From assembly GCA_043810925.1 (NCBI GenBank), contig JBDRNT010000122.1, forward strand, positions 1 to 39,804: a DNA stretch of 39,804 bases, given 5' to 3'. Within the stretch, counting starts at the first letter, position 1, and each line of letters opens with the position of its first letter. Below are positions 27,627 to 35,529 of the stretch, one piece after another. The stretch comes from Candidatus Eiseniibacteriota bacterium. Lineage in GTDB: Bacteria > Arandabacterota > Arandabacteria > Arandabacterales > Arandabacteraceae. The translations under genes and the position numbers were made by a program. The notes beneath the pieces are model-generated. The model was not told the origin of the DNA, did no database searches, and saw only the letters and a list, made by a program, of their open reading frames with translations.

Positions 27627-29051
27627 TTACGGTCGCCAGAAATTAAAGCAGACCAACTTTTCTTCAGTCATCTCCTCTATCGCGTATCGCAGACCTTCCC
27701 GTCCCATCCCGCTGTCCTTCACACCACCGTACGGCATCTGATCCACGCGGTAGGTCGGCATGTCGTTTATTATAACACCGCCGACATCAAGCTTCTCCAC
27801 CGATTTGAAGGCTTCCTCGAGTGAATTCGTAAAAACTCCCGCCTGAAGCCCGTAACGCGAGTCGTTCGCCGCATCTATCGCCTCATCGAAGGTCTCGTAT
27901 GGATTCACACAAACTACGGGCCCGAACGCTTCCTCTTTCCAGATCCTGGCATCACTGGGGACATCCGTGATCACCGTCGGAGCGAAGAGGCTTCCCTGCC
28001 GCGTTCCACCCGTCCGCACCTTTGCGCCGGCCGCCACGGCTTCATCGATCCACTGTCCGACGCGCTCAGCGTCATCTTCAGATATCATGGGCCCCATTTC
28101 GGTCTTCTTGTCAAGCTGGTCACCCACCCTGAGCGCGGACGCCAGTTCCGTGACCGCCGCAACCACATCTTCGAAAATGTCCTTGTCGACCAGCACGCGC
28201 TGAACGGATATGCAGACCTGTCCTGCAAGTGCAAATGCGCCCTGGACAATCCGCTTCGTGGCGAACTCCATATCGGCGGAACCGGTCACAACCACGGCTG
28301 AGTTTGATCCAAGCTCCATCGCGATCTTCTTAAACCCTGCCTGTTTGGCTATGTCCTTGCCCACCTCGACACTCCCCGTAAAAGTCACCATCCTGGGGTG
28401 CTCATCACGGACAAGCCGCATGCCCACAGTGCTACCGGGACCCGGCAGTACGCTTACCGCCTCGGGCGGGAATCCCGCCTCTACTATAATCCTGCCGAGC
28501 ATGACGTCACAGATCGGGGTCGCGCTTGCGGGTTTCAGGATGATCGGGTTACCCGCCGCCATGGCCGGCGCAATCTTATGCGCCGCAAGATTGAGCGGGA
28601 AGTTAAAAGGGGTGATCGCCAGTACCGTCCCGATAGGCTTTTTGAGACTGAAGCCCCGCCTTGAGATTCCACCCGCGACCGCATCGAAGGGGATCACGTC
28701 ACCCACGAGGCGCTTGGCCTCTTCGGCGGCAAACGTGAAGGTGGTTGCGGCCCTCTCAACCTCCGCCCGAGCCTCTTTGAGGGTCTTTCCGACCTCTCGC
28801 GCCAGCACCAGTGTCAAGTCTTCCCTGTTCTTGATCAGGGCTTCGGAGACCTTCTTAAGAATTGCGGCGCGTTCGGCTCGCGTCAGTCCTGCAACCTTGG
28901 CCCGTGCCTTCTCGGCCAGGGAGATCGCCTCATCGACCTGCCGGGAGCCCGCAGATGCTATCTCCTCCACTACCGAAGCGTCGAAAGGATTCAGCACCTC
29001 GAATGATGATTCGCCTTCTGTTTCTTTGCCCCCGAGGATCATCTTGAGCAT
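27627..29051 (-). CDS. NAD(P)-dependent aldehyde dehydrogenase
   Basis: TPFNFP, FTGS, MELGSN, GQVCIS, EEAFGPV, PYGGVK.SG. Confidence 0.95.
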   Translation of the reverse strand: MLKMILGGKETEGESSFEVLNPFDASVVEEIASAGSRQVDEAISLAEKARAKVAGLTRAERAAILKKVSEALIKNREDLTLVLAREVGKTLKEARAEVERAATTFTFAAEEAKRLVGDVIPFDAVAGGISRRGFSLKKPIGTVLAITPFNFPLNLAAHKIAPAMAAGNPIILKPASATPICDVMLGRIIVEAGFPPEAVSVLPGPGSTVGMRLVRDEHPRMVTFTGSVEVGKDIAKQAGFKKIAMELGSNSAVVVTGSADMEFATKRIVQGAFALAGQVCISVQRVLVDKDIFEDVVAAVTELASALRVGDQLDKKTEMGPMISEDDAERVGQWIDEAVAAGAKVRTGGTRQGSLFAPTVITDVPSDARIWKEEAFGPVVCVNPYETFDEAIDAANDSRYGLQAGVFTNSLEEAFKSVEKLDVGGVIINDMPTYRVDQMPYGGVKDSGMGREGLRYAIEEMTEEKLVCFNFWRP

Positions 29052-29067
29052 ACGTTTTCATTCGTCT

Positions 29068-30144
29068 TTAGAAGTTCATGCTGACCGACACACGGTGAGT
29101 GTTGTCGATCTCAGTGTCTCTCCAGAACGCATAGTCCAGACTGAACTGGCCGACATTCAGACCGGCCCCCGCACTGAGTTTGCGACGGTCCATCCCGACC
29201 GCCAGCCTGAGGATCCGGTTGTATTCATAAAGAAGACCCAGTCTTACGTCCGCACTTATGTCGCCGGCCCAGAAGTCGGTCTCTTCAATGGCAAGACCCT
29301 CGAACTTGAAATCACAGTCGCCGGAGAAAACCAGCTTCCCTGAGATCGAGGCCACCGGCAACGTGTAGGAGGTCCCTAACTTGACGGTCGGATAGATGGT
29401 CTCCTTCGTACTGACATCGTGCTTGTCCAGTGCGCTCCCTTCACCATCGGTGTAGTACCACCCGTCCCAGTAAAGAGGCGTACCCGTGAAGTCCTGGATA
29501 TTAAGCCCGAGCTTCCAGTTGGTCATCATCTCGTAGAGAAAACCGGCATCAAGACCGAAACCAAGCGAGGATATCTCCGCTATCTTCTTCCAGATCACCT
29601 TGGCATTGAGACCGGCCGAGAGTTTCGGACCGAACCGCTTCGAGTAGGACAGGTAACCTGCTATTTCGTTATCGCTTTCCCGCTTGACCATGTCGGGTCT
29701 TAAAAGTCTTCGCTCGCCGGGATCCCAGTTGCCGTTTCCGTTGGAATCGACGAAGTCCTTCCCGGCCTCATTCAGATGGGACGTCAGGAGGATATCGCTC
29801 ACGCGGAGCCAGATTATGCTGATGGCGCCGACCGTCTCCTCACCGGGTTCCGTCGAAAGCGGGCGTGCTATACTGATGCAATCATAATCCACAAGATCAC
29901 CGAAGCGTTCGGAGTGCATGAAGAGGACCTGGCTCTCTTCGAGCTGGGTCAGTCCCGCGGGATTCCAGTAGACCGCACTCGCGTCGTCCGCTATGGATAC
30001 GAACGCACCTCCCATCCCCAGGGCTCTCGCCCCGAACCCGGTTGCCAGAAACTCACCGGCCAGCTTGGTGGCATCGGAGGTCGAAATCAACGCAAGACAC
30101 AGGATGAGCGCAATCGACACCGATTTCATGAGTCTCGCAAACAT
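29068..30144 (-). CDS. PorV/PorQ/UPF0164-like outer-membrane beta-barrel
   Basis: Signal peptide; EFL..G.GARALGMGGAF...DDASAVYWNPAGL; terminal HRVSVSMNF. Confidence 0.85.
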   Translation of the reverse strand: MFARLMKSVSIALILCLALISTSDATKLAGEFLATGFGARALGMGGAFVSIADDASAVYWNPAGLTQLEESQVLFMHSERFGDLVDYDCISIARPLSTEPGEETVGAISIIWLRVSDILLTSHLNEAGKDFVDSNGNGNWDPGERRLLRPDMVKRESDNEIAGYLSYSKRFGPKLSAGLNAKVIWKKIAEISSLGFGLDAGFLYEMMTNWKLGLNIQDFTGTPLYWDGWYYTDGEGSALDKHDVSTKETIYPTVKLGTSYTLPVASISGKLVFSGDCDFKFEGLAIEETDFWAGDISADVRLGLLYEYNRILRLAVGMDRRKLSAGAGLNVGQFSLDYAFWRDTEIDNTHRVSVSMNF

Positions 30145-30192
30145 GTTTCCCCCTTTCCCCCGGCCGATCCGATCCATCGGACCGGTATCAGC

Positions 30193-31854
30193 CTACAGCC
30201 TCTCCATGGTCCCGAATCTGACGCAGGTTCTAAGCAGATAGAGAGGTAGCGATCCGCACGACAGTACGTTATCGTGAAAGTCCCTCAGGGTGAATGAATC
30301 ACCCATGGTTTTCCTGGCGTCATCTCTCAATGTTTCGATTTCCCTCTTACCTATTAGATAACTCATTGCCTGACCGGGTTCCACCGCGTATCTGCGGACT
30401 TCCTTCTCAACGAAATCTCTTCCCGCTCCAGTCTCGTTTACCATAAAGTCAACGGCTTCATCAAGCGAGAAATCACCCAGCTGCAGTTTTACATCAACGA
30501 TCACCCTCGCCGCCCTGTAGATGATGCCTTCAAAAGCCCTGCTCATCGAGTGTTCACCGTAGTAACCCTGCTCTGCCATCAACTCCTCACAGTAAAAGGC
30601 CCATCCCTCAATCGTGAAGATGTCGTCCTGGAGTTTTCTTACAAATGAAGGATGAGCATTGGCCGAAGCAATCTGCAGGCAGTGACCGGGGAAGGTTTCG
30701 TGCACAATCGCACCGGCATAACCCCGTCTCTTCATGTATGACAGGTAACTGAGCTTCTCGCCGTAGTCCATCCCAGATGGAAGCGGAATATAGAATAGAC
30801 CCGTCTCGTCAGGATCGAGTGGCCCTGGGGGCTCGTATGCACAGCCCGGAACAAGATTCCTTAAGAAAGCAGGAGTCTCCATGATCTCAAGCATCGTTAC
30901 CGGGGGCAGCGTGACAAGGTCTTTTCTTTCGACGAATACGCGGGCCGATTCCGTCTCGGCCTCAATGTATCGCTTGATATCATCCGGCGTAAGGTCGCCC
31001 ACTCCGGAGGTATCGACGAGCGCCCGCCGCTCGGCCCCATCTGCCTCTCTCCGGGCTTTCGTGTCGGTGAGGACACGTTGGGCGTACGCCGCCAGGTCTT
31101 CAGGGGTTTCGCGTATAAGATTGCGTGTGTCGAGCAGTTTGACGAAGCTCTCACGGCCCAGGGCGAAACTCTCATCCGCTGTAGGCGCGAGCGAATCCAG
31201 GAAAGCCGCGAATCCCGCCAATGTCTTGCGGGCCTGCTCAATCGTCTCGGCGTCGACACCGGGAATGCCGTCAAGGAACGGTAGGAAATCTTTTAGCCCC
31301 GTCGAGGCAACCTCACAGTGGAGTCTCACAGGATGGGTGAGATTCCTCCGGGCGTGTGCGACCACCTCGGGAATCCCCGCCAGTCTGGAGGTAAGGTTCG
31401 TGCTGCTTCTCGCATCGTCGGGACGTAACGCCAGATAGTAGATCGCCGAGATACACGCGTTGGAATAAAGCAGCGGCGACCTCCGCCATAACTCCAGATC
31501 CTCAAGCAAGAAAACCTGCGTGGCCATTTCGGATGAGAGCGCGTTAAGATCGATCCATGAATCCATGCTCAGGCTGTCCTGGTGAAAGCGCTCAAGGGTG
31601 AGTTGCATGCGGCTTATCTTCTTAAGGAAACCACCTACCCTCCTCGGGGCGAAGGTCGTCAGGCGGTCATCGAAATCGCTGAATCCCTTGGACGTTGCAT
31701 ATGCCGGGTCGAATTCGAATCTTGCCCGGTAGTACTCCTGTCCGATGGAGTCGACCACCGCATCGGCCTCAGCCTGGCTGAGCGCTATTTCCTCCTGACC
31801 CTTCCAACCTACTTGGGGCATACCGAGAAGTAACAGCACAATGAAGCAGCGCAC
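30193..31854 (-). CDS. DUF885-family protein (putative exported metallopeptidase)
   Basis: HETFPGH.LQ, EGWAFY.E, RY...PGQAMSY.IG, DFHD.VL..GSLP; SD AAGGAG. Confidence 0.9.
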   Translation of the reverse strand: MRCFIVLLLLGMPQVGWKGQEEIALSQAEADAVVDSIGQEYYRARFEFDPAYATSKGFSDFDDRLTTFAPRRVGGFLKKISRMQLTLERFHQDSLSMDSWIDLNALSSEMATQVFLLEDLELWRRSPLLYSNACISAIYYLALRPDDARSSTNLTSRLAGIPEVVAHARRNLTHPVRLHCEVASTGLKDFLPFLDGIPGVDAETIEQARKTLAGFAAFLDSLAPTADESFALGRESFVKLLDTRNLIRETPEDLAAYAQRVLTDTKARREADGAERRALVDTSGVGDLTPDDIKRYIEAETESARVFVERKDLVTLPPVTMLEIMETPAFLRNLVPGCAYEPPGPLDPDETGLFYIPLPSGMDYGEKLSYLSYMKRRGYAGAIVHETFPGHCLQIASANAHPSFVRKLQDDIFTIEGWAFYCEELMAEQGYYGEHSMSRAFEGIIYRAARVIVDVKLQLGDFSLDEAVDFMVNETGAGRDFVEKEVRRYAVEPGQAMSYLIGKREIETLRDDARKTMGDSFTLRDFHDNVLSCGSLPLYLLRTCVRFGTMERL

Positions 31855-31887
31855 GACATCTCCTTTGATAACACGTTGCCATCAGGT

Positions 31888-31916
31888 AGGATAGGCATTT
31901 CCCCACCTCCCGTCAA
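31888..31916 (-). promoter_or_regulatory. sigma70 promoter of DUF885 operon
   Basis: TTGACG-N17-TATCCT. Confidence 0.6.
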
Positions 31917-31930
31917 CCCCCAAGGTCAGA

Positions 31931-32123
31931 GGCCGGCACGGGGATTGAGTGCCTTGCACCGTAAGCACTATCCTGGCAGGACACGGAATCGGGCGCGTGT
32001 GGCATCGGCTCGAAGCTCGTGCTACGAGCGTAGTGTGGGCAACAGCAACGCTCTGCCTGCACAGGATTCGGGCGAGTCGGTAAGTCAGGCCTCCCTGCCC
32101 CGCACTGCAACCTCGCACCGGCC
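31931..32123 (-). ncRNA. Candidate 193-nt structured non-coding RNA (family unassigned; 6S-like in size)
   Basis: 5' GGCCGGTGCGAGGTTGCAGTGC pairs with 3' GCACTCAATCCCGTGCCGGCC; begins 7 nt after a TAGAAT -10 element. Confidence 0.55.
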
Positions 32124-32129
32124 ATGTAT

Positions 32130-32158
32130 ATTCTACAGGCCTTGCGACGCTAAGTCAA
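32130..32158 (-). promoter_or_regulatory. sigma70 promoter upstream of candidate ncRNA
   Basis: TTGACT-N17-TAGAAT with TG immediately before the -10 element. Confidence 0.75.
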
Positions 32159-32258
32159 GTCGAAAACGCTTGATGGAAATGGGTTACATGACAACGTTAA
32201 GAGTTTACTCTAGAGGGTTTCCGCCTCTCGCCGGAGCAGTTGGAGCCACTGCGGCAAT

Positions 32259-32348
32259 TGGTGCCGAGGGTCGGAGTCGAACCGACACGGATCTTAAGAT
32301 CCAGAGGATTTTAAGTCCCCTGCGTCTACCAAATTCCGCCACCCCGGC
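32259..32348 (-). tRNA. tRNA-Leu(TAA)
   Basis: GCCGGGG acceptor stem, GGGGA-CTTAAAA-TCCTC anticodon arm, long variable arm GGATC-TTAA-GATCC, GGTTCGACTCC, encoded CCA. Confidence 0.97.
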
Positions 32349-32357
32349 ACCACGTGA

Positions 32358-32386
32358 ATTCTATTAGGGAGTCTGATCATTATCAA
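32358..32386 (-). promoter_or_regulatory. sigma70 promoter of tRNA-Leu
   Basis: TTGATA-N17-TAGAAT. Confidence 0.7.
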
Positions 32387-32577
32387 GCATTAGTTGGGCT
32401 TCGTCTCAGAGACTGCCCTCGGGAAACGGCACACCCATCAGCGAACTCAGGGCGATTACGCTCGCCGCCCCCCTTGGCAAGGACTACGGGCAGAACTGAG
32501 AACTGCAGGCCTCCAGGTGGTGACCCCGCCAACACCTGTAACGCGGCCCCCAGCCGTAAGCTGCTCAGGCGGCGTGA

Positions 32578-33312
32578 CTATCCGTTCATGTCTTCAAACG
32601 CCGCATCCCGCTTCTTCCGCAAGTGCACGGCTCCACCGAGTGCGACTTCGAAGCGGTCGTGCGCAAGAGCTTCGATTACACCACTGGCTGCTTCTTCCGC
32701 TGACATGCACCACGCCCCCGCCGCACGCCGGCCACGCCCCCCGCCCAGGTCGGTTGCCACCATCGGCGGAGCCACCTCGAATAGCCTGATAGAGGTGCCC
32801 TGAAGCTGGTGCCTCATGCTCATGCTGAGGGAGTGCAGAGCCGCCTTGGTCGCACAGTATACGGGAACAGCCGCCAGAGGAGCAAACGCAAGGCCCGACG
32901 TGATATTGACGATAGCTGATTCCTTTCGACGACGGAGATGCGGAATCAGCATCGCTGAGAGCTCGAGTGGACCCATGAGATTCGTAGCGACCTCCTTCGC
33001 GGCCTCCTCCAGGTCTCTTGGGCCCTTCGTGAAGTCCACACTGCACTGCACACCCGCGTTGTTGACGAGGATATTCAGAGATTTGAAACGCCCGGTCACC
33101 CAGCGGACAAGCGCTGTTCGTGAACTGCCTCTTGAGACGTCGCACATCTTTGTATGCAAACCGGGCACGTCAGACTTCGCCTCTTTCAGCATCTCCCGCC
33201 GACGGCCACAGATGATCACCTCGTTATCCAGATCCGCCAGGGCCCGGGCCAGGGCCAAACCAATCCCGGTTGCGCCGCCGGTGATGAGGACTGTGTTGCC
33301 TCTTACTCTCAT
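32578..33312 (-). CDS. Short-chain dehydrogenase/reductase (DltE-like)
   Basis: TGGATGIG, NNAG, YCATK; SD GAGGAG before MRVRGNT. Confidence 0.92.
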   Translation of the reverse strand: MRVRGNTVLITGGATGIGLALARALADLDNEVIICGRRREMLKEAKSDVPGLHTKMCDVSRGSSRTALVRWVTGRFKSLNILVNNAGVQCSVDFTKGPRDLEEAAKEVATNLMGPLELSAMLIPHLRRRKESAIVNITSGLAFAPLAAVPVYCATKAALHSLSMSMRHQLQGTSIRLFEVAPPMVATDLGGGRGRRAAGAWCMSAEEAASGVIEALAHDRFEVALGGAVHLRKKRDAAFEDMNG

Positions 33313-33392
33313 GTTCGTGCTTCTCCTCATCTGTGCCGTGAATATTCGCAGGCCCTCTCCCCCGTGAAGCAGTCTCTAACGGAGTACAACCG

Positions 33393-34859
33393 CTACTGCC
33401 CGGCCTCCAGTCTATCCAGCGCGGCCCGAGCAGAAGAGAGCCGCGGGTTTAATTCAAGCGCCCTGCGGTAGCTGGTCTCGGCCTCTGCGTGACGACCGGC
33501 AGCGACCAGAGCCTCCCCAAGGCTATCGTGGGCGTTGGGCGAGTCCGGGAAGCGCTCCACGTTGAACTGAAGCGCCTCAACCGCTGCATCGACGAGTCCC
33601 TGCTCCAAGCAGTAATAGCCTACGTCGTTGATCACGTCCTCTGTCAGCACGCCGCCCTCAAGACCCAGTTCGAAAGCGTGGCGCAGGCCCTGGGCACCCT
33701 GCTCGCCCATTCCTTCGCCGTACCGGCCCACGGCCTTGAACAGATGTGCCTCGACATCGAGTGTCAAGGCGCGGTCCTCACTCTCGCGTACCATCCTCCG
33801 CTCCTCGGCTGCGAACTGAGCCAGGCCCAAGGCGACATCGAGCGCATCAGCAGCATCGGTGGCAACGTCAGACACCACTCCGACGCCTTCCCAGTTGCCG
33901 CCCGTCACTGGATGGACCGACCGTCCAATGGGCACGTAGACGTCGAATCCCGGTTCCACCCTGAAGCTGCGCGTGAGATGGGCACCACCCTTGGTCGTCG
34001 TCCCGACCACCGTGGCGCGCTTCTGTGCCTGCATGCCGTAGGTGAACGCCTCACCGACCGAGAAGACGTTCTCGCTCGTCAGGATGAAGAGCGGCACATC
34101 CGACAGGTCAGGCCCGCTCGTTCTCTCCAGGGTCCAGGTCTCATCGACACTCCCTGTTCGGGGAAAGACGATTCGTTGCAGCAGCGTGGGCTCATCGAAA
34201 AAGTAACCGGCGATGAATCCGACGGTCTCCGGGTATCCACCTCTGACGAGGCTGCGCAGGTCGATGATCACCGCATCCATGTCTGAGAGGAGAACCATCG
34301 CGCTCTCGATCTTGGGCCGAACACGGGGAAGGTCCAGGAACGCGCGCAGATCCAGGTAGCCGACGTTTTCTGAAAGCCACTTCACGTCAATGACTCCGAA
34401 GTTCCCCCGCTTCTCGAAGTGGTACGTGCCGAGACTCTCAAGCAGCGGGTGTGTCTCCGCCGTTTCCTCCTCGGCCTGATCGTCGCTATGTTCCGGTGCG
34501 GAGAACTCGGGTGGCACCGCCACCCGCATGTGCAGATCGTGACTCACGGCTTGAAGGTCCGCTGTGATGGCTTGCGCCAGCTCCTCCGGAGTCCTGGCAC
34601 GTCCGTACACCCCGGCCGCGTTCTGCTCGCGAATCCGCTCAGCACACTGCTCCGCCACGGCAGCATCCAGATAATTGTCGTGGAGGAGACGTACCAGTTC
34701 CTCAACCAGTGCCGGCGTATCCACCCGCTCGCCGGTCGGGTCCGCTGCCGGACCTCTACGCGAAGACTGGCACACAGGAAGCATGATCACTACCAGAACC
34801 GGCAGTAGCACTGAGCAGACTCTCCTCGTAAAACGGGACTGCCGAGACGTTGTCAGCAT
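33393..34859 (-). CDS. S41-family peptidase (IRBP-like) with C-terminal TPR
   Basis: DLHMRV, NVGYLDL, IIDLR, FSVGE.F.Y, GGAH, NWEGVGV.SDV; C-terminal NAHDSLGEA TPR; SD GGAGG before 34859. Confidence 0.88.
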   Translation of the reverse strand: MLTTSRQSRFTRRVCSVLLPVLVVIMLPVCQSSRRGPAADPTGERVDTPALVEELVRLLHDNYLDAAVAEQCAERIREQNAAGVYGRARTPEELAQAITADLQAVSHDLHMRVAVPPEFSAPEHSDDQAEEETAETHPLLESLGTYHFEKRGNFGVIDVKWLSENVGYLDLRAFLDLPRVRPKIESAMVLLSDMDAVIIDLRSLVRGGYPETVGFIAGYFFDEPTLLQRIVFPRTGSVDETWTLERTSGPDLSDVPLFILTSENVFSVGEAFTYGMQAQKRATVVGTTTKGGAHLTRSFRVEPGFDVYVPIGRSVHPVTGGNWEGVGVVSDVATDAADALDVALGLAQFAAEERRMVRESEDRALTLDVEAHLFKAVGRYGEGMGEQGAQGLRHAFELGLEGGVLTEDVINDVGYYCLEQGLVDAAVEALQFNVERFPDSPNAHDSLGEALVAAGRHAEAETSYRRALELNPRLSSARAALDRLEAGQ

Positions 34860-34903
34860 ATATCCTCCCATGATAGCCCTGTCTGTCCGTGTGAGATCGT
34901 TGA

Positions 34904-34963
34904 GCCCAGCGACAGCGCTGACGCACGGTTCCTACCGCGGCGCCGTGAAACGCCTTGTTGGGT
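34904..34963 (-). other. Degenerate attC-like site (60 bp)
   Basis: R'' ACCCAAC...CACGG/CCGTG inner stem...R'-like GCTGGGC (GTT changed to GCT). Confidence 0.5.
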
Positions 34964-35044
34964 GCTCCCGAGCATCATCGCCGTCTATTATTCTGGAGAA
35001 TGGCTAAAAGGATCCTTCGCTAAAGGCTCCAGTGCTGGGTCTGG

Positions 35045-35152
35045 CTATTTCTTCTTCTCTTTTTCTTTCTTCAATTTGCGCTTCTCTTTTAGAGAAAGCT
35101 GGGCCTTTTTCTTCTGCTCTTTTCTGCTGTCTCGCTTCCCATGCTCACCCAT
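35045..35152 (-). CDS. 35-aa lysine-rich small basic protein
   Basis: MGEHGKRDSRKEQKKKAQLSLKEKRKLKKEKEKKK with SD AAGGAG; below the ORF-track size cutoff. Confidence 0.65.
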   Translation of the reverse strand: MGEHGKRDSRKEQKKKAQLSLKEKRKLKKEKEKKK

Positions 35153-35300
35153 GACCATTTCTCCTTCGTCTTCCTGTCATCCACCGGCCTGCAGCACTTC
35201 CCCACTCATGCTCCAAAACTGACATACTGTGCCAGATGATGTACTCGGAGTCAACCCTGATGGCCTCTTTTCATCAGTCCCTTTATCCGGAACCGAAGGG

Positions 35301-35420
35301 TCATTCGAGCGCCCGGACTGGCGCCCATGGATCAAAGGCGCCGGTCTGGTCTTTAGCGATCACAGGGAACGCCAGGACCAATGCCGCAAAAGCTAGTGCT
35401 CCGCTTTGTTTCACCGACAC
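35301..35420 (-). pseudogene. Truncated exported-protein gene (39-aa stub)
   Basis: SD GGAGG plus GTG; signal-peptide-like MSVKQSGALAFAALVLAFPVIA followed by KDQTGAFDPWAPVRALE and a stop. Confidence 0.45.
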
Positions 35421-35441
35421 TGTTCCTCCAATACTCTTGCC

Positions 35442-35520
35442 GTCTGACGATTCCGCTCATAGCCGTGAGACTGTAATATCAGACCGTTGTCGATTTAATC
35501 CTGGAGTTGTTCAAGACGGC
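35442..35520 (-). other. attC-like remnant (3' portion)
   Basis: Shares GCCGTCTTGAA, GATATTACAG and TGAGCGG with the site at 38740-38830; ends in R'-like GTCAGAC. Confidence 0.5.
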
Positions 35521-35529
35521 TACGCCGGG

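Noticed and set aside
31913-32125. 70-aa ORF as a leaderless protein behind the 32130-32158 promoter
   Set aside because: The ATG is only 4 nt after the -10 element, the peptide has no recognisable features, and end-to-end base pairing explains the region better. Not fully excluded.
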